Assembly (NCBI GenBank): GCA_905178155.1
Contig: CAJINV010000036.1
Coordinates: 1 to 64,000 of the forward strand
From: Amoebophrya sp. A120
Lineage: Eukaryota > Protista > Dinoflagellata
Direction of reading: 5' to 3'
DNA: 64,000 bases
Both the position numbers and the translations under genes were made by a program. Positions 62,123 through 64,000 of the stretch are shown here, one piece after another; within the stretch, counting starts at the first letter, position 1; each line of letters starts with the position of its first letter. Under the pieces are notes generated by a model that did not search any database, was not told the DNA's origin, and saw only the letters and a list, made by a program, of their open reading frames with translations.

Positions 62123-64000
62123 ATGAAGAACATGATGGGGAGCTGCATGTTTTCGTCTGCAGTAGTTGTTCTTGCGATTGCCAATGTAGGAGCCGCTGCT
62201 GAGTCTCTCTGGCCCGTTGACGAATCGCAAAATCCGATTCCGCTTCCATCGCCTCTGTCGACGGTGGGATGCGAATGGCGGAACGTGACGGTGCCAGGAG
62301 TGTCTCCTCCAGGACGAGTGATGTCCACCGCCGCCTCCACTACCGAGGGACTTTTACACGGTAGGACGTCTACCGTCGAACACTACGCAATCGCTGATGG
62401 GTGGTACTCCTCCACGGGCAAAAACGTATCGGAACTTCGAAAACCGTTGCGCAAGGGCGACCTGGTACCGACGGGCGTGACCGCGTACGTAGCGATACTC
62501 TGCGGCACGACGGAGGAGGACCAAAACGAGGCTTTGGACGACGGGGAGGTGTTTTCCACCTCGTCTAGTATCCCTCTAGCTATGCTGCAGGAGCACGTCG
62601 AGTCTTCAGGCGATGATTGGGGCAAAGGCGATGCCTGGTGCGGGCCGGGTCGCGTAGAGGACCGGGCGTGCGTGTACGAGAATCTGTGGCACGTGCCACC
62701 GGCGCTCTCATTTTCGGCGGGGGCCAGGGTACTGGGAATATCGTCCACATCAAACATGGAGGAGAAGGATCAGGAAGCCGAAGCACGCTCTATTACCACC
62801 TCTTCCCTCCGGGACTGGGTGCTGCTTGACAACGTCAAAGAACTCAAACGCGAGGATTTATCTGCCAAGGACAAAAACAAAGAGAAGGTTGACGACAACG
62901 ACGACGTGCTGATGTCGACGACACTTTTTGCCAGTGAGACGAATTCGCACGCTCAGTGGGCGGGTCGATGGACTGTGCGACCACAAAGAATCGCAGAGAA
63001 GAGCGTGCTGAAAGAAGTCGTTGCCGGTTTTTCTTTGCCGCCGCTTGTGGTGCGCGACGAAGTTCTTTTGGTTTCGCGGAGCGACGCAAGCGGGTCGGCC
63101 CACTTTCTGTACGATACGGTAGTCCCGGCGGTCGCGGCCGGTGCTGGAGCGGCGTCGTTGCACGACACCTCTGCGAGTTCAGCAGGACAAGCGGAAGGAC
63201 CTCCTGCAGCAGGAGAAGTAGACTCTTCCACTTCTCGCAGTGTTCTTACGGAGGTCAGCAACACCAGGGGGCCGAAGGTCGTGTTTGTCGACGATTGCAG
63301 CCTGACGGGGCGGGGCCCTACCATCGAGTTCCGCCAGCAGAACGCCCCGGCGCCGGCGACATCTGGGGAAACTTGGTTCGCGAACAGCCTGTATGCTAGC
63401 AAATATGTCTGGGTCTGAAGGAATGCGAGTCTGTCGTGCTTTTCTCACATGGCTCTTGAATTTGTCATGCACATTACCCAAGAGCCCCATTTTTCTGTCA
63501 TGCAGAAACGGAGTTTGTCATGCAGAATAGGCAAGAACACCTAGAAGCTCAGAAACTTGTCATGCTGCGCCAGCATTATTTGTGGCCTCCTCATGATACG
63601 CCACCCAGCTTCACAAGTTTCCAGACCCAGACACTTTTGCATTTGATAGCCTGCGCAGTTATCCGGCCACCTGCGCGATCATCACAAGACAATGGAGCGA
63701 CGCCGTGTTCGGGGAGGGTCAATGGACCTCTTTATCAGCGTTGACGCAAAACCACAGGCGCGCGGTGCTGTTCCGCCGAGCGGCGTCGGGCGGCATGCAG
63801 GTTTTCTCGCCGTGGCAGAAAGACCATCCCTATCGGCGGCCGGGGCTGATGCGACCACTGTTCGCACAGATCCAGGAAAGGCTGGCGGCTTTCGCGGCGG
63901 GGGATCGTCGTGTGGGGCTCGGAGAAAATAAAGGGAAGTGCGAAAAGAACGAAGTGCAACCTCTTGGGGAAAAACGTGAAGTTGATGCTGAAAATAACTG
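62123..64000 (+). CDS. Secreted/membrane glycosyltransferase family 61-like protein, 3' partial
   Basis: Signal-like N-terminus, RACVYENLW and SAHFLYDTVVP. The frame stays open to the window end after removing the introner. Confidence 0.55.
63392..63648. mobile_element. Introner, family A, TSD GCCTG
   Basis: TATGCTAGCAAATATGTCTGGGTCTG...CCAGACCCAGACACTTTTGCATTTGATA. The join gives ANSLRSYPATC. Confidence 0.9.

Overview
Eukaryotic, intron-containing genomic DNA with about 14 recognisable genes, all on the + strand: a nucleoplasmin-like protein, a Zn-finger protein, an AGC-like kinase, a Ulp1/CE-clan protease, U1A/U2B'', an HTTM-like membrane protein, F1 ATP synthase delta, ISN1, a LENG1-like protein, a TM2+DnaJ protein, a cold-shock-domain repeat protein, a GT61-like protein and two hypothetical proteins. 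The gene set and architecture suggest an alveolate, most plausibly the parasitic dinoflagellate relative Amoebophrya (inference). The main signal is 19 MITE-like elements, mostly 147-323 bp, from at least 5 families. All run 5'-TAT...ATA-3', carry terminal inverted repeats (TIRs) and are flanked by a 5-bp target-site duplication (TSD). They sit in coding exons, and removing the element plus one TSD copy restores the reading frame, so they behave as non-GT-AG introns (introners) alongside ordinary GT-AG introns. TSD mismatches in old copies suggest a fixed splice register and stepwise conversion to GT-AG introns. One introner contains a 3.76-kb non-autonomous split-direct-repeat (TOC1/PAT/Ngaro-like) element. 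Also present: an array of four exon-end copies separated by ~0.8-0.95-kb unrelated inserts, a 222-bp foldback element and a ~190/380-bp dimeric satellite. All gene models and coordinates were read by eye and need RNA-seq confirmation.
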